This document shows, piece by piece, positions 7,319 to 16,573 of a DNA stretch of 45,044 nt. The DNA comes from a virus. Taxonomy: Duplodnaviria > Caudoviricetes. The stretch lies in the IMG/VR virus record IMGVR_UViG_3300037424_000451, positions 1 through 45,044 of that record; one strand, given 5' to 3'. Under the pieces are notes generated by a model that was given only the letters and a program-made list of their open reading frames with translations, did not search any database and had not been told where the DNA came from. The first letter of the stretch is position 1; every line of letters starts with the position of its first letter. Made by a program: the position numbers and the translations under genes.

Positions 7319-10300
7319 TGGCAATCGGCTTAATGCAACACGCTACATACGCCACAAACGCCGACCTCGACCGGGAAGAGCGCGAGATCTTCGAAGAGGC
7401 CCGTAGCCTACAGGAGAACCGGGCAACGGTCCTGCCAACCAACCTGGCAGCCCATGTCGATGTCTGCTGGCAGGCGGCCTATCAGGCCAGAGCATCAGGC
7501 GGGAAGACCGGGATAGACGATATCATGCTCCAGTGCATGAGGGCTCGGGAAGCCATCTATGACCCGGAAGATATGGCAGAGATTGAGGCCTTTGGCGGGT
7601 CTCAGATCTACATGAATGTGACCGACAACAAGTGTGTTGCCTTCGAAGCCTGGACCAGGGATGTGATGCTGCCTCCAGGAGAAAAGCCTTGGACTATTGA
7701 GCCTACCGAGTGTCCGGATTTACCGGACGAGATTGAGGCCCAAATCGGTATGCAAGTCATGATGGAAGCCCAAGCCTTTTTGATTCGATATGGTCCACAG
7801 GCCCTCACGACACAGTTGGTCGCCATGAGGCTTGAAGAGTTGCGTCGTAAGGTCATGCAGCAAGAGAAGCAGTATGCGGATGTGGTGACGGCTCGTTATG
7901 AGGAAAAGATAGAGGACGATTACCAGGAAGGCGGATTCTACACCGCAATCGACCAGTTTATCAGCGATCTTGCCACCTTCCCAGCGGCCTTCATCAAGGG
8001 GCCGTGTATGAAGCGTCGGAAGGCCCTTGTGTGGCAACCGGACCAGTCAGGAGGTCAATCGGTCCCGGTTATCCAGGACGTTATCCGCAAAGAATATAAG
8101 CGCGTCAGTCCGCTTGACTGTTACCCATCCCCTTCTTCAAGGGCTGTGAATGACGGCTACTTCATCGAGCGAATGCGGCTCAGGATGCAGGACATCCAGC
8201 AGCTCACCGGGATGGAGGACTCAGGCTACAAGGACGATGAGGTACGGTTGGTCTTGCAAGAGGCAAAGGGTGGGGCCGGTGGTTTCAGGCTTTCCGTCCC
8301 TACCGACCAGTCACGTCAGGAGTTGGAGAACAGGAATGAATCTGACGATTCTGAAGGAATAATCGACTGTCTGAACTATTGGGGTCACGTCCAGGGGGTC
8401 AAGTTACTGGAATATGGTATGGATAGGGCGCGTGTTCCGGACCCGGATCTTTACTATCACTCCAACATCTGGAAGATCGGGACCCACGTCATCATGGCGC
8501 GCCTTAATCCTCATCCGCTTGGTGAAACCCCATACTATTCGTCTTCTTTCAGGCCAAAGGCTGATTCCATTTGGGGTAAGAGCCCTCCGATGTGCATGAG
8601 GGCATCTGCGCGGGCTGGAAACGGAGCGGCCAGGGCCATGATGAATAATGCGGCCATCGCATGTTTGACTGGCGATACGGTTGTTTATAGAGAAGGACAA
8701 TCACGAAAATATTCCGCAATCACCATTGATGAATTGTGGGAAAAGAAAACTCAGCCAAATAGTGGTCTTAAAAGAATCAAACTTCGTTCACTTGATGAAG
8801 CAACTGGCGAGTTTATATCCAATCCAATCGTCGATATCATTGATAATGGTATCGGTGATATTTTTGAGGTAATGACTGAGCGAGGCTATAAGATTAAGGC
8901 GACCGGAAACCATCGATTTATAAATACTGTTGGAGAATGGCAAACTCTCGATCAATTTGATGTAGGTGAAATGATTGGCGTAAATGGGCAATCAGCGCCA
9001 CTTCCATCCAAATGTATTGATTGTGGGGAACCTATTGTATCAAAAAAGGCGTTGAGATGCCGCTCATGTGGAAACAAACATCAATGGAAGAGCAGAAAGA
9101 GGGCTCCAGTAATCTGCATTGAATGTGGTCATGAATTGAAATCTAGAAATGGTGTCCGGTGTCGGTCCTGCGCTTCAAGAAATAGTAACTCAGTATGGAA
9201 TAAGCTCCAAATTGAGCAATCAAGGAACAATTTTGATGTTAGTGGAACCACTGCTAGGTATCGTTACGATTGCCAGTCCCAAAAGAAAGATTTCTGCCAG
9301 CTTTGTGGCAAGCATGGGGGGAGGCTTGAGGTGCATCATAAGGACCGAGTCCCCTGGAATAACGAATCATCTAACCTTGAAACGTTTTGCTCTACATGTC
9401 ACCACGCATTACATACCCGTGAGGATAGTTTTGGTGATGCGTATCTTCATCGGTATCTTAGTTTTGATCGTATTGTATCAATCACATATGTTGGGCAGGA
9501 ACGGGTGTTCGACCTATGTATGCTCGCACCAAATCATAACTTCGTAAGTAATGGATTTTTAAGCCATAATTCAGGTCCACAAGTTGAGGTGGACATTTCA
9601 AGGATAGATCCCGCCACCAACCCGATGGTTATCATGCCTTGGGGACTCTGGAAGAACAACGGCAAGCAGGGGCCAACGGAAGGCCCGGCCGTCAGATTTT
9701 TCATGCCTCCTCTGGTGGTCAAGGAGCTCCTTGTAATTTTTCAATGGTCATCCGAACAGGAATCAGAGGAGTCCGGTATACCAAACTCCATCTATGGCGG
9801 ACAGGGCAAGATGGGGAGCGGGGCGGCTGACACATACTCCGGCTACGCCATGATCACGAATGCAGCCAACAAGACGCTGGGGGGCGTGGTGTTCCATATC
9901 GACCAGAACGTCATAGTTCCGGCCACCCGTAACCACTGGCTTCACCTGATGCTGTATGACGACAGTATGACGAAAGGTGGGGACATCAACGTGGTGGCGC
10001 GGGCATCCAGATTCCTGATTGTTGCCGAGCAGATTAGACAGAGTCTAGCAGAATTTTCACGGGATACCAACAATAAGATTGACCTTGAAATCATGGGGAT
10101 CGAGGGGCGTGCTGAACTTCTGAGAGAAAGGGCGCGGTTCCTCCGTACCAAGTCCAACAAGATCATTCCGGACGAAGAGAAACTGAAGGCGCGGCTTATG
10201 GAACAGGCTGGGATGGTGCAGGATCAACCGCAGAATGGAGGTCAACCGAAGCCCGGTCAGCGGCAGATCCCAGAGAAGGCGGGACCCCAGACGAAGCCGA

Positions 10301-10437
10301 CGGCGGGCCGGCCAAGGCCTGGTATGGAGCAGCAAGGCGGTAGAGGGCCAAGTCAAGGGCCAAGACAACCACAGGGGCAAGGCCAGGGTCAGGGGATGCA
10401 GAGGCCTATGCAACCACCACAACAAGGGGGGATGTGA
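7318..10437 (+). CDS. Portal (head-tail connector) protein precursor containing an intein; ~736 aa after splicing
   Basis: Position after terL; podoviral portal-like motifs (RVSPLDCYPSP, NPHPLGETPY, SIWGKS, SGPQVEVD); Q/P/G-rich tail. Confidence 0.88.
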   Translation: MAIGLMQHATYATNADLDREEREIFEEARSLQENRATVLPTNLAAHVDVCWQAAYQARASGGKTGIDDIMLQCMRAREAIYDPEDMAEIEAFGGSQIYMNVTDNKCVAFEAWTRDVMLPPGEKPWTIEPTECPDLPDEIEAQIGMQVMMEAQAFLIRYGPQALTTQLVAMRLEELRRKVMQQEKQYADVVTARYEEKIEDDYQEGGFYTAIDQFISDLATFPAAFIKGPCMKRRKALVWQPDQSGGQSVPVIQDVIRKEYKRVSPLDCYPSPSSRAVNDGYFIERMRLRMQDIQQLTGMEDSGYKDDEVRLVLQEAKGGAGGFRLSVPTDQSRQELENRNESDDSEGIIDCLNYWGHVQGVKLLEYGMDRARVPDPDLYYHSNIWKIGTHVIMARLNPHPLGETPYYSSSFRPKADSIWGKSPPMCMRASARAGNGAARAMMNNAAIACLTGDTVVYREGQSRKYSAITIDELWEKKTQPNSGLKRIKLRSLDEATGEFISNPIVDIIDNGIGDIFEVMTERGYKIKATGNHRFINTVGEWQTLDQFDVGEMIGVNGQSAPLPSKCIDCGEPIVSKKALRCRSCGNKHQWKSRKRAPVICIECGHELKSRNGVRCRSCASRNSNSVWNKLQIEQSRNNFDVSGTTARYRYDCQSQKKDFCQLCGKHGGRLEVHHKDRVPWNNESSNLETFCSTCHHALHTREDSFGDAYLHRYLSFDRIVSITYVGQERVFDLCMLAPNHNFVSNGFLSHNSGPQVEVDISRIDPATNPMVIMPWGLWKNNGKQGPTEGPAVRFFMPPLVVKELLVIFQWSSEQESEESGIPNSIYGGQGKMGSGAADTYSGYAMITNAANKTLGGVVFHIDQNVIVPATRNHWLHLMLYDDSMTKGGDINVVARASRFLIVAEQIRQSLAEFSRDTNNKIDLEIMGIEGRAELLRERARFLRTKSNKIIPDEEKLKARLMEQAGMVQDQPQNGGQPKPGQRQIPEKAGPQTKPTAGRPRPGMEQQGGRGPSQGPRQPQGQGQGQGMQRPMQPPQQGGM
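8662..9570 (+). mobile_element. Intein (303 aa) with zinc fingers and HNH homing endonuclease
   Basis: Block A CLTGDT, block B ATGNHRF, block F/G VFDLCM..NHNFVSNGFLSHN followed by Ser+1; LEVHHKD..NN...NL...C..CH HNH motif; AT-richer than exteins. Confidence 0.95.
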
Positions 10438-10438
10438 G

Positions 10439-10765
10439 ATGGTGTATTTATTTGACAATAGGGAAGTCAACAAGGCTTATTCAAAGGCTATCAATGAAAT
10501 TGAATATGATAGTGAAGCGCTAGGGCTTTTTACTCAAGGGTGGTCTGCCGCCATTAACTGGGCCAGGAAGCATGTGGACGCTATTTCCAAGATGAAAGAA
10601 GCTGAAACGCCGAAACCCGATCCAAAAGTCGGGATTGAGTGGATTCCCCGCGTAACGTACACGTTTCCAAGTTGTTCGACCTACAAGGTCGGTGACAAGA
10701 TTTCCTTTAACGGCAAAACGATCATCATCACTGGCGTCTACGAGGGAAAGGATGCCGATGCCTGA
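10439..10765 (+). CDS. Hypothetical protein (MVYLFDNREV...)
   Basis: ATG 2 nt after portal stop with GGGGG SD; upstream extension in ORF track is a shadow of the portal tail. Confidence 0.6.
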   Translation: MVYLFDNREVNKAYSKAINEIEYDSEALGLFTQGWSAAINWARKHVDAISKMKEAETPKPDPKVGIEWIPRVTYTFPSCSTYKVGDKISFNGKTIIITGVYEGKDADA

Positions 10766-11075
10766 TAACCTCATCAAACTCGAATTTCACCTGTTCAACC
10801 CCTCGTGTGTCGATACCGAGACCACGAACGGGATCTCACAACTGGCCAGGATTCACGGCGCGGATCACCTGAAGGTCTTGTTGACCAAGTTCTTCGACAA
10901 CCTCAGCGTCGAGTGGCTGAGTCAGCCTCGTCACAAGGATGACCTTTACAGGGGGGCTTTGCTGGCCATCCAGGACGTTGAACGGGTACTGGAAGACGCC
11001 CATAGGCTTGCGATCGTTCGTGACACGCAGGAGAAGGCCAAGGGCGTTGAGCCGAAGAAGTGGAGAGCGGTGTAA
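10758..11075 (+). CDS. Small conserved-position protein downstream of portal
   Basis: Helical ~105 aa with DDLYRGALLAIQD, similar to small post-portal proteins of podoviruses. Confidence 0.6.
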   Translation: MPDNLIKLEFHLFNPSCVDTETTNGISQLARIHGADHLKVLLTKFFDNLSVEWLSQPRHKDDLYRGALLAIQDVERVLEDAHRLAIVRDTQEKAKGVEPKKWRAV

Positions 11076-11086
11076 TGAAGCGTGGA

Positions 11087-11184
11087 AGGTGCTTGAGATA
11101 CCGGCACCTGCCGATGGAGCCCAGAGGCTCCACACCTGGCGAACATAGGGAACGCCAGGAGCAGGCTTTCCTCTATTGAGGAAA
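11087..11184 (+). promoter_or_regulatory. Multi-hairpin structured leader
   Basis: AGGTGC/GCACCT, TGGAGCC/GGCTCCA, CCTGGCG/CGCCAGG, TTTCCTC/GAGGAAA. Confidence 0.5.
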
Positions 11185-11236
11185 CGTCCAGAATCTTAAC
11201 CTTTTCAGTTATGTTTGACACGCGGAGGATACGGAA

Positions 11237-12223
11237 ATGGTTTGGAGAAATAACGCTTCTTTTGGAACAGTTAGGGCCGATAATGTGTTCGCAGCTGGCA
11301 ACTTATTGGGTGGATTGGGGGTTGGGAACGTCTATCACGTATGTAAATCGACCGACACGGCTGTGTACAAGAACATGCAGCAATATTTCGGTGGGTTGAC
11401 CCATAAGAATGATGGGACTGCGGTTTTGCATACGGATATTCAGACGGCCCTTGACGCCACAGTGGAATGCCGGAATGATTACGTCATCGTGCAGCCGAGT
11501 AACTCCGATTATGACCTGACGGCTGTCCTTACGATGTCAAAAAAGTGTGTCCATCTCATCTGTCCCGCTGGTTTGGGGTATGATATTGGAGCAACCAACG
11601 CAGCCAGGTTGCATCAGAATACCATTGCAACGGCCGTCATTGCGGTATCGGATGCGTCCATTGAGATCGCTGGATTTTATTTTAAGAACTATACCGGAGT
11701 GGCGGCGATCACAATGGCGGCTACGTCCTATGCTCCCAATATTCATCACAACACATTTGCGATTTCGGCGATTGCGGCTTGGGTTGGGTCTATCATTGGT
11801 GCAGGAGATGCCGGGGGTTGGGGAAAGATCGAACGTAACTGGTTTGTTAGTCAGGGTGGCGGTGCACAGACTTGTGCGGCTGGAATCATCCAGATTCAGG
11901 CAAGTGCAACAGCGGCGCAGGTTAATCATAATCAGATTACGGTCGGAGATACCCAGATTGCTACCATCGGTATCGCCAATTACGCCGTTAAAGGAAACAC
12001 GAATTTCAACATTTTCTCCGAATCAGGTGGGTCAGGGGTAGCGGACGGAGGAACGATCACGAAGTGTATTGCTATCCATGCGTCAGGGTGCGCCATTGGT
12101 AACATCGGGGCGGTCGCAACCGGCCAGATGCTAACAGGTGGAACCACGCTCCACAGCTATGCAGAAAACTATGGGGCCTACATCGCCAACACCGGAACGA
12201 CGAATGGGTCTGTCGAGGCGTAA
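11237..12223 (+). CDS. Right-handed beta-helix (pectin-lyase-like) protein, probable virion fibre/decoration
   Basis: TDIQTALDA..RNDYVIV cap motif then I..N.F repeats; GGAGG SD. Confidence 0.65.
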   Translation: MVWRNNASFGTVRADNVFAAGNLLGGLGVGNVYHVCKSTDTAVYKNMQQYFGGLTHKNDGTAVLHTDIQTALDATVECRNDYVIVQPSNSDYDLTAVLTMSKKCVHLICPAGLGYDIGATNAARLHQNTIATAVIAVSDASIEIAGFYFKNYTGVAAITMAATSYAPNIHHNTFAISAIAAWVGSIIGAGDAGGWGKIERNWFVSQGGGAQTCAAGIIQIQASATAAQVNHNQITVGDTQIATIGIANYAVKGNTNFNIFSESGGSGVADGGTITKCIAIHASGCAIGNIGAVATGQMLTGGTTLHSYAENYGAYIANTGTTNGSVEA

Positions 12224-12274
12224 CCTTTAAATCTTTAAAACGAGTGGGGGTGGCAACACCCCCATAAGTAAGGA

Positions 12275-12499
12275 TTGATTATGAGCGACTGTACCTTATC
12301 GGCAATTTGCCCAAGATGCGTCAACGGAGTGGCCCAGGTTCTGGATTCCGAAGGGGTCATGATAGAGGAAAACCCATGCAAGTGGTGTAACGGGGAAAGT
12401 AAGTTTCTTATTGGAACTCTGAAAGTTGATGACCTCATAGACAAACTGAACGACGTGAAAGAGAAGTGTGATGAGATCATGGAGAAATTGAACGAGTAA
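12275..12499 (+). CDS. DnaJ-type zinc finger (CPRC..G / CKWCNG) plus C-terminal coiled coil
   Basis: Two CxxCxG motifs; heptad DDLIDKLNDVKEKCDEIMEKL. Confidence 0.7.
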   Translation: MIMSDCTLSAICPRCVNGVAQVLDSEGVMIEENPCKWCNGESKFLIGTLKVDDLIDKLNDVKEKCDEIMEKLNE

Positions 12500-12501
12500 C
12501 C

Positions 12502-12533
12502 CCGCGACGGCATCCTCTGGGGTGCCGTCGCGG
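12502..12533 (+). other. GC-rich hairpin without U-tract
   Basis: CCGCGACGGCA/TGCCGTCGCGG 11-bp perfect stem. Confidence 0.6.
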
Positions 12534-12551
12534 ATAAGGGAGGGATAAGGG

Positions 12552-12713
12552 ATGGGAGATTTTTATAAGGAGGCTTTCGAACTTTTGGAAAAAGCGGTTG
12601 ACCATATCGGACCATGGTCGGATTATTGCCCACATCCTGATGATGACAAAGAAGCGCAGGATCTTCACGACAAGATAAAGGCGTTTGTCGAAAAGGCAAA
12701 GGAGGCCACATGA
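12552..12713 (+). CDS. 53-aa hypothetical protein (MGDFYKEAFELLEKAVDHIGPWSDYC...)
   Basis: Read manually; GGGAGG SD region; ATGA overlap with next gene. Confidence 0.65.
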   Translation: MGDFYKEAFELLEKAVDHIGPWSDYCPHPDDDKEAQDLHDKIKAFVEKAKEAT

Positions 12714-13183
12714 CCCGCTACATTCTGAATGACGTAAGGCGTAACTTCGCGGACAACATTGAATATGTGATTTGGAAAAAGTCCCGCAAAATTGAGGTAA
12801 GGGACCAAACGGATTATTTTGTCCTCCATTCACAATTATTCAATACTGCCCTGAAGAAGTTGGGGATACCTGAATCATTCAACATTAATGATCCGTTTAG
12901 CATGTTGCGATTCCTAAAGACAGCGCCTCATCAAATGAAAGTCAATGGGGTGTGGGTCGAGCCAAGAAAAAAGTATGGACCCGAATGGGGCGGCACAGAA
13001 AAGGACAAGGAGCATTGCGGTTTGTATTTTTTCAGGCAATGGGTTGAGGATTCGCCTCCAGAGATAGCGTACTGGATAAGCGACTGCATCCGAAAATTCA
13101 AGCCAAGGCCAATCGTCGGGCCGAACGGTCAGAAATTATGGGAGATTAAGGAGATGTATCTTTTGACGAACGTACCGGCGTGA
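12710..13183 (+). CDS. Hypothetical protein
   Basis: 157 aa, AAGGAGG SD. Confidence 0.7.
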   Translation: MTRYILNDVRRNFADNIEYVIWKKSRKIEVRDQTDYFVLHSQLFNTALKKLGIPESFNINDPFSMLRFLKTAPHQMKVNGVWVEPRKKYGPEWGGTEKDKEHCGLYFFRQWVEDSPPEIAYWISDCIRKFKPRPIVGPNGQKLWEIKEMYLLTNVPA

Positions 13184-13665
13184 TGGAGGGGAGCATGGAA
13201 AAGGAAGAGTGGGGATATTCGGTTCACAACGAGGATAATCCTCTGACCAAGGACAATATCGTTGATGTCATGAAGAGTATTGACCTTGGCACTCCAGATA
13301 AACCAGTGTACTTGAACTTAGGCAATTTCCTTGATGTTATGGGCCAGGTTGATAAAGAGATAGTTCAGCCTGTAATCGATGAACGAGAAGACGGAAGGGA
13401 GGAATTAGTGAATTTTAAAAGAAAAATTGGGCATTTCACAATCGCTGAGGCTCTTCTTGATGAAGCGCCAGATGATATGCAATCAATCATGGCCGAAGTA
13501 ATCGTTGTTCACTGTGAAAGCCTATATTATGAAAGGGCATTCCGTTATACGGCTATATCCAAACACTTTTCTGAAATTCCGTTAGGATACAAGATTCCTG
13601 AATACGAAATTATCACTGAAAAAAAGGATGAAGAAATAAGCGTTTCTTTTAAACGAAAGGAATAA
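13180..13665 (+). CDS. Hypothetical protein
   Basis: 161-aa acidic ORF, coupled start. Confidence 0.7.
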   Translation: MMEGSMEKEEWGYSVHNEDNPLTKDNIVDVMKSIDLGTPDKPVYLNLGNFLDVMGQVDKEIVQPVIDEREDGREELVNFKRKIGHFTIAEALLDEAPDDMQSIMAEVIVVHCESLYYERAFRYTAISKHFSEIPLGYKIPEYEIITEKKDEEISVSFKRKE

Positions 13666-13671
13666 CACGAC

Positions 13672-14174
13672 TTAGCTGACAACCGAGTTAAGGGAGGGGA
13701 GCATGAAAAAAGAAGATTCGGACGATGTGATTAAGGAGTTAGACAAGAGGCTGACTGCCCTACGATCAGCCTGTGACGCTGTTGATGACAGGCTCAGGGC
13801 CTATGAAATGGCTCTCAGCACAACCCATAAGCAGCACATGATTGAAATACGGAGGCAACGGGAAGAGATCGACAACACCATAATGAAAGACAGTGGCGTC
13901 AAGGAACAAACCATTGAGCGTAAATGTCAGGAAGCGGCCGCCATACTGTTTGCTGAGAAGTACCCAGAGATAAACCCGAAACAAGCGATCAGCCAGGCCG
14001 TAATTGATAAGATCGTGGTATCGATCATGAAAAAGGGGGATTTCAAAAGGCTTTTCATGCGGTACATCGCGGATACCATCGGGTTCGAGATTTTGAGAAG
14101 AAACGGTTTTAACGTAGACGTTGTTGAATACCCAGAAGATAAAGAGGAGAACGAACCGATTTAGCTGACAACCG
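13672..14174 (+). repeat. 14-bp direct repeat TTAGCTGACAACCG (13672-13685, 14161-14174) flanking one gene
   Basis: Exact match read from sequence. Confidence 0.85.
13703..14164 (+). CDS. Coiled-coil hypothetical protein
   Basis: 153 aa, AGGGAGG SD. Confidence 0.7.
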   Translation: MKKEDSDDVIKELDKRLTALRSACDAVDDRLRAYEMALSTTHKQHMIEIRRQREEIDNTIMKDSGVKEQTIERKCQEAAAILFAEKYPEINPKQAISQAVIDKIVVSIMKKGDFKRLFMRYIADTIGFEILRRNGFNVDVVEYPEDKEENEPI

Positions 14175-14223
14175 GGGCGTTTTCGAGCGGTCGGCCAACC
14201 TAACGAGAACGTCAGAGAACTTC

Positions 14224-14267
14224 AAGGGCAATTGTGGGACCCACACCTACAGTTGCTCTTTTTGTTT
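14224..14267 (+). terminator. Intrinsic terminator-like hairpin upstream of scaffold gene
   Basis: AAGGGCAATTGTGGG/CCTACAGTTGCTCTT stem (G:U pairs) followed by TTTGTTT. Confidence 0.65.
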
Positions 14268-14374
14268 GCCCCGGACTCCAATACCGCCACCCCGGAAGAC
14301 CTCGCAGAAGCAGGCTCCGGGGGGCGTAAAAAAGGAAGACGGCCGCTGGCCGCTCCAAACAACCAGAGGATCAT

Positions 14375-15550
14375 ATGGCATTAACAGACGCCGAGATTGC
14401 AAAACTACCGGAAGCTCTAAGACGCAAGTACCAGACAGAGAAAACTGCGCTGGCGCAACCGGCCAAACCAGAACCATCGGCCCCTGTCGAAACACCTCCA
14501 GCGGCACAGCCTCAGCTTGTGATCCACAACCCGGATCTCAGGCAGCCTGAGCCACCGGCTTCGACGCAGGCCCAAGAACCAGAACCATCAACGCCCCCTG
14601 CACAGGCACAAGACCCATGGGAACAGAAGGCCAGGGTCTTGGCCGGGAAGATACGCTCAGAGTTCGGCATCACTCCGTACATCAACGAGCATCTAGGCTG
14701 GGAACAGAATTACGCCCTCATTCAAGAACGGTACAACAATGAGGCCCGGCTTAAAGCCATGAGCAAGCAGCTCGTGGACGCTCAGACTGTCATGAAGTTC
14801 CAGGCCGAAGCTCTGAATACGTTGAAAGACTTCCAGGCCAAGGTAACACCAAAGGCCCCTGAGCCACCCAAACCAGTCCCACAGGCCACAATCAAGCCCC
14901 TAAACCTTGAGGATTACGATCATCTTGAGGATGAGGCCAAGGAGCTTGCCAAACGGTTCAACCAAGTCATCGAACTTGTTTCGCAGCAGCAAGGAACCAT
15001 GGCGCAGCAGCAAGAGGTCATCCGACAACTTCAGGGTAAGACCGAAACACTGTCGATGAGCACTGATCGTGTTGCGAAGGATTTCGGGGCCACGCAGCAT
15101 CAGCAATTCATATCAGCCCTCGAAGGTGCAGTCCCGGATTGCTGGACATTGAATGAAAACCCGGACTTTCGGGATTGGCTGGACCAACCTGTTCCGATGG
15201 AAGTCATCGGGCCAAATGGTCAACTCATGGAGAAGACCATGAAGCGTGACGACATCCTCCAGGCGGCTCAGAACTCCAGAAATGTTGGGAGAATTCAGAA
15301 ACTATTCAACGAGTTCAAGACCCAGACCGGATACCGGGCTCCATCTAACGGTGGAAGACCTTCTCCGGATCTGTTCATTGAGCCCGATACGGCAGGCCGG
15401 GGGGCGACACCACTTACGAAACCTAAACAAGAGCCCGTGACGCGTGAGCAACTGGATGCGGCGGCTAAACGGGCCAGAATCGAGAGGACACCAGAGGCGA
15501 TAAATGCCTTCAACAAACTTTCATCTCAATACCAAGGGTCAAGTGGATAA
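14375..15550 (+). CDS. Capsid scaffolding protein
   Basis: Directly upstream of capsid; P/E-rich N-terminus, coiled coils, VPDCWTLNENPDFRDWL motif. Confidence 0.8.
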   Translation: MALTDAEIAKLPEALRRKYQTEKTALAQPAKPEPSAPVETPPAAQPQLVIHNPDLRQPEPPASTQAQEPEPSTPPAQAQDPWEQKARVLAGKIRSEFGITPYINEHLGWEQNYALIQERYNNEARLKAMSKQLVDAQTVMKFQAEALNTLKDFQAKVTPKAPEPPKPVPQATIKPLNLEDYDHLEDEAKELAKRFNQVIELVSQQQGTMAQQQEVIRQLQGKTETLSMSTDRVAKDFGATQHQQFISALEGAVPDCWTLNENPDFRDWLDQPVPMEVIGPNGQLMEKTMKRDDILQAAQNSRNVGRIQKLFNEFKTQTGYRAPSNGGRPSPDLFIEPDTAGRGATPLTKPKQEPVTREQLDAAAKRARIERTPEAINAFNKLSSQYQGSSG

Positions 15551-15601
15551 CCACGGCATCGCCATGGTGATCCACCTGCCTTTAGATAACAGGAGATTAT
15601 C

Positions 15602-16552
15602 ATGGCAATAGCTGTAGCATCAGGATATCCGCAACATTCCGGGACCTTCATTCCCGAAAAATGGTCACTGAACCTTCTGGTTCAGTATTACGCAACCGAC
15701 GTGATTCCCCAGATCACGAACTCGAACTACATCAACGAGATAAAAGACGTTGGGGACATTATCCACATCAGAACTAGGCCCGACATCACCTGGCACGCCT
15801 ATGTCAAGGGCCAGGACATGACTCCGGACTTTCCGAACGCCCCCATCGTGGATTTTCCGGTTGAACGGGCCGGGTACTTTTTCTTCGCGGTGGACAACAT
15901 CGACGCTCATCAATCCGACATCGCCATGATGTCCGATTGGGCGGAAGGTGCGGTAAAGAACAGCAAGAACGCTATAGACGCCGCATTCCTGGCTGATGTG
16001 TATGCCGATGCGGACGCCGACAATATCGGGGCAACGGCTGGAGTCGATAGCGGAAACATCAACATGGGGGCCGCTGGAGCGCCCGTCACCCTGACGGCAG
16101 ACAACATCCTTCAGAAGTACGTTGCGGCCGGTGTCATCCTGTCAGAGCAGAACGTACCTAATGACCGGAACCGCTGGGCCGTCATGCCGCCCTATGCGCT
16201 TGGGCTTATCAGCCTGTCTGACATCAAGGACGCGAGCCTTTCGGGTGACGGAACAAGCCTTCTGAGGACCGGAACCGGACGGATTGGGCGGATCTCCAAT
16301 TTCACGACCTACGAGTCCACCCAGCTCACAAGCGTCACGGACGGGACCACAGCGGACACCTGCTGGTATCTGATGTTTGGACACCAGGATGCCATCGCGT
16401 TTGGCACCAACTACATCGAGACGGTCCACTTCGACAAGTTGGAGCGGATGGCCGGGCAGGCGACAAGGTGCCTCCAGGCATATGACTGGAAGGCGCTTCG
16501 AGGCGAGGCTTTGACGTATCTGTACGCCACCTTTGCCGATAACGAGTTCTAA
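15602..16552 (+). CDS. Major capsid protein (HK97 fold, P22-coat-like)
   Basis: GTFIPEKWS, NSNY.NEIKDVGD..HI, RWAV.PP, GRISNF..YES..L, FGH..AI.F motifs; AGGAG SD. Confidence 0.92.
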   Translation: MAIAVASGYPQHSGTFIPEKWSLNLLVQYYATDVIPQITNSNYINEIKDVGDIIHIRTRPDITWHAYVKGQDMTPDFPNAPIVDFPVERAGYFFFAVDNIDAHQSDIAMMSDWAEGAVKNSKNAIDAAFLADVYADADADNIGATAGVDSGNINMGAAGAPVTLTADNILQKYVAAGVILSEQNVPNDRNRWAVMPPYALGLISLSDIKDASLSGDGTSLLRTGTGRIGRISNFTTYESTQLTSVTDGTTADTCWYLMFGHQDAIAFGTNYIETVHFDKLERMAGQATRCLQAYDWKALRGEALTYLYATFADNEF

Positions 16553-16573
16553 GGAGCAACATGACACCCCAGC

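Noticed and set aside
10235-10438. N-terminal extension of ORF 10235-10765
   Set aside because: Overlaps the low-complexity portal tail; ATG 10439 with SD is more plausible
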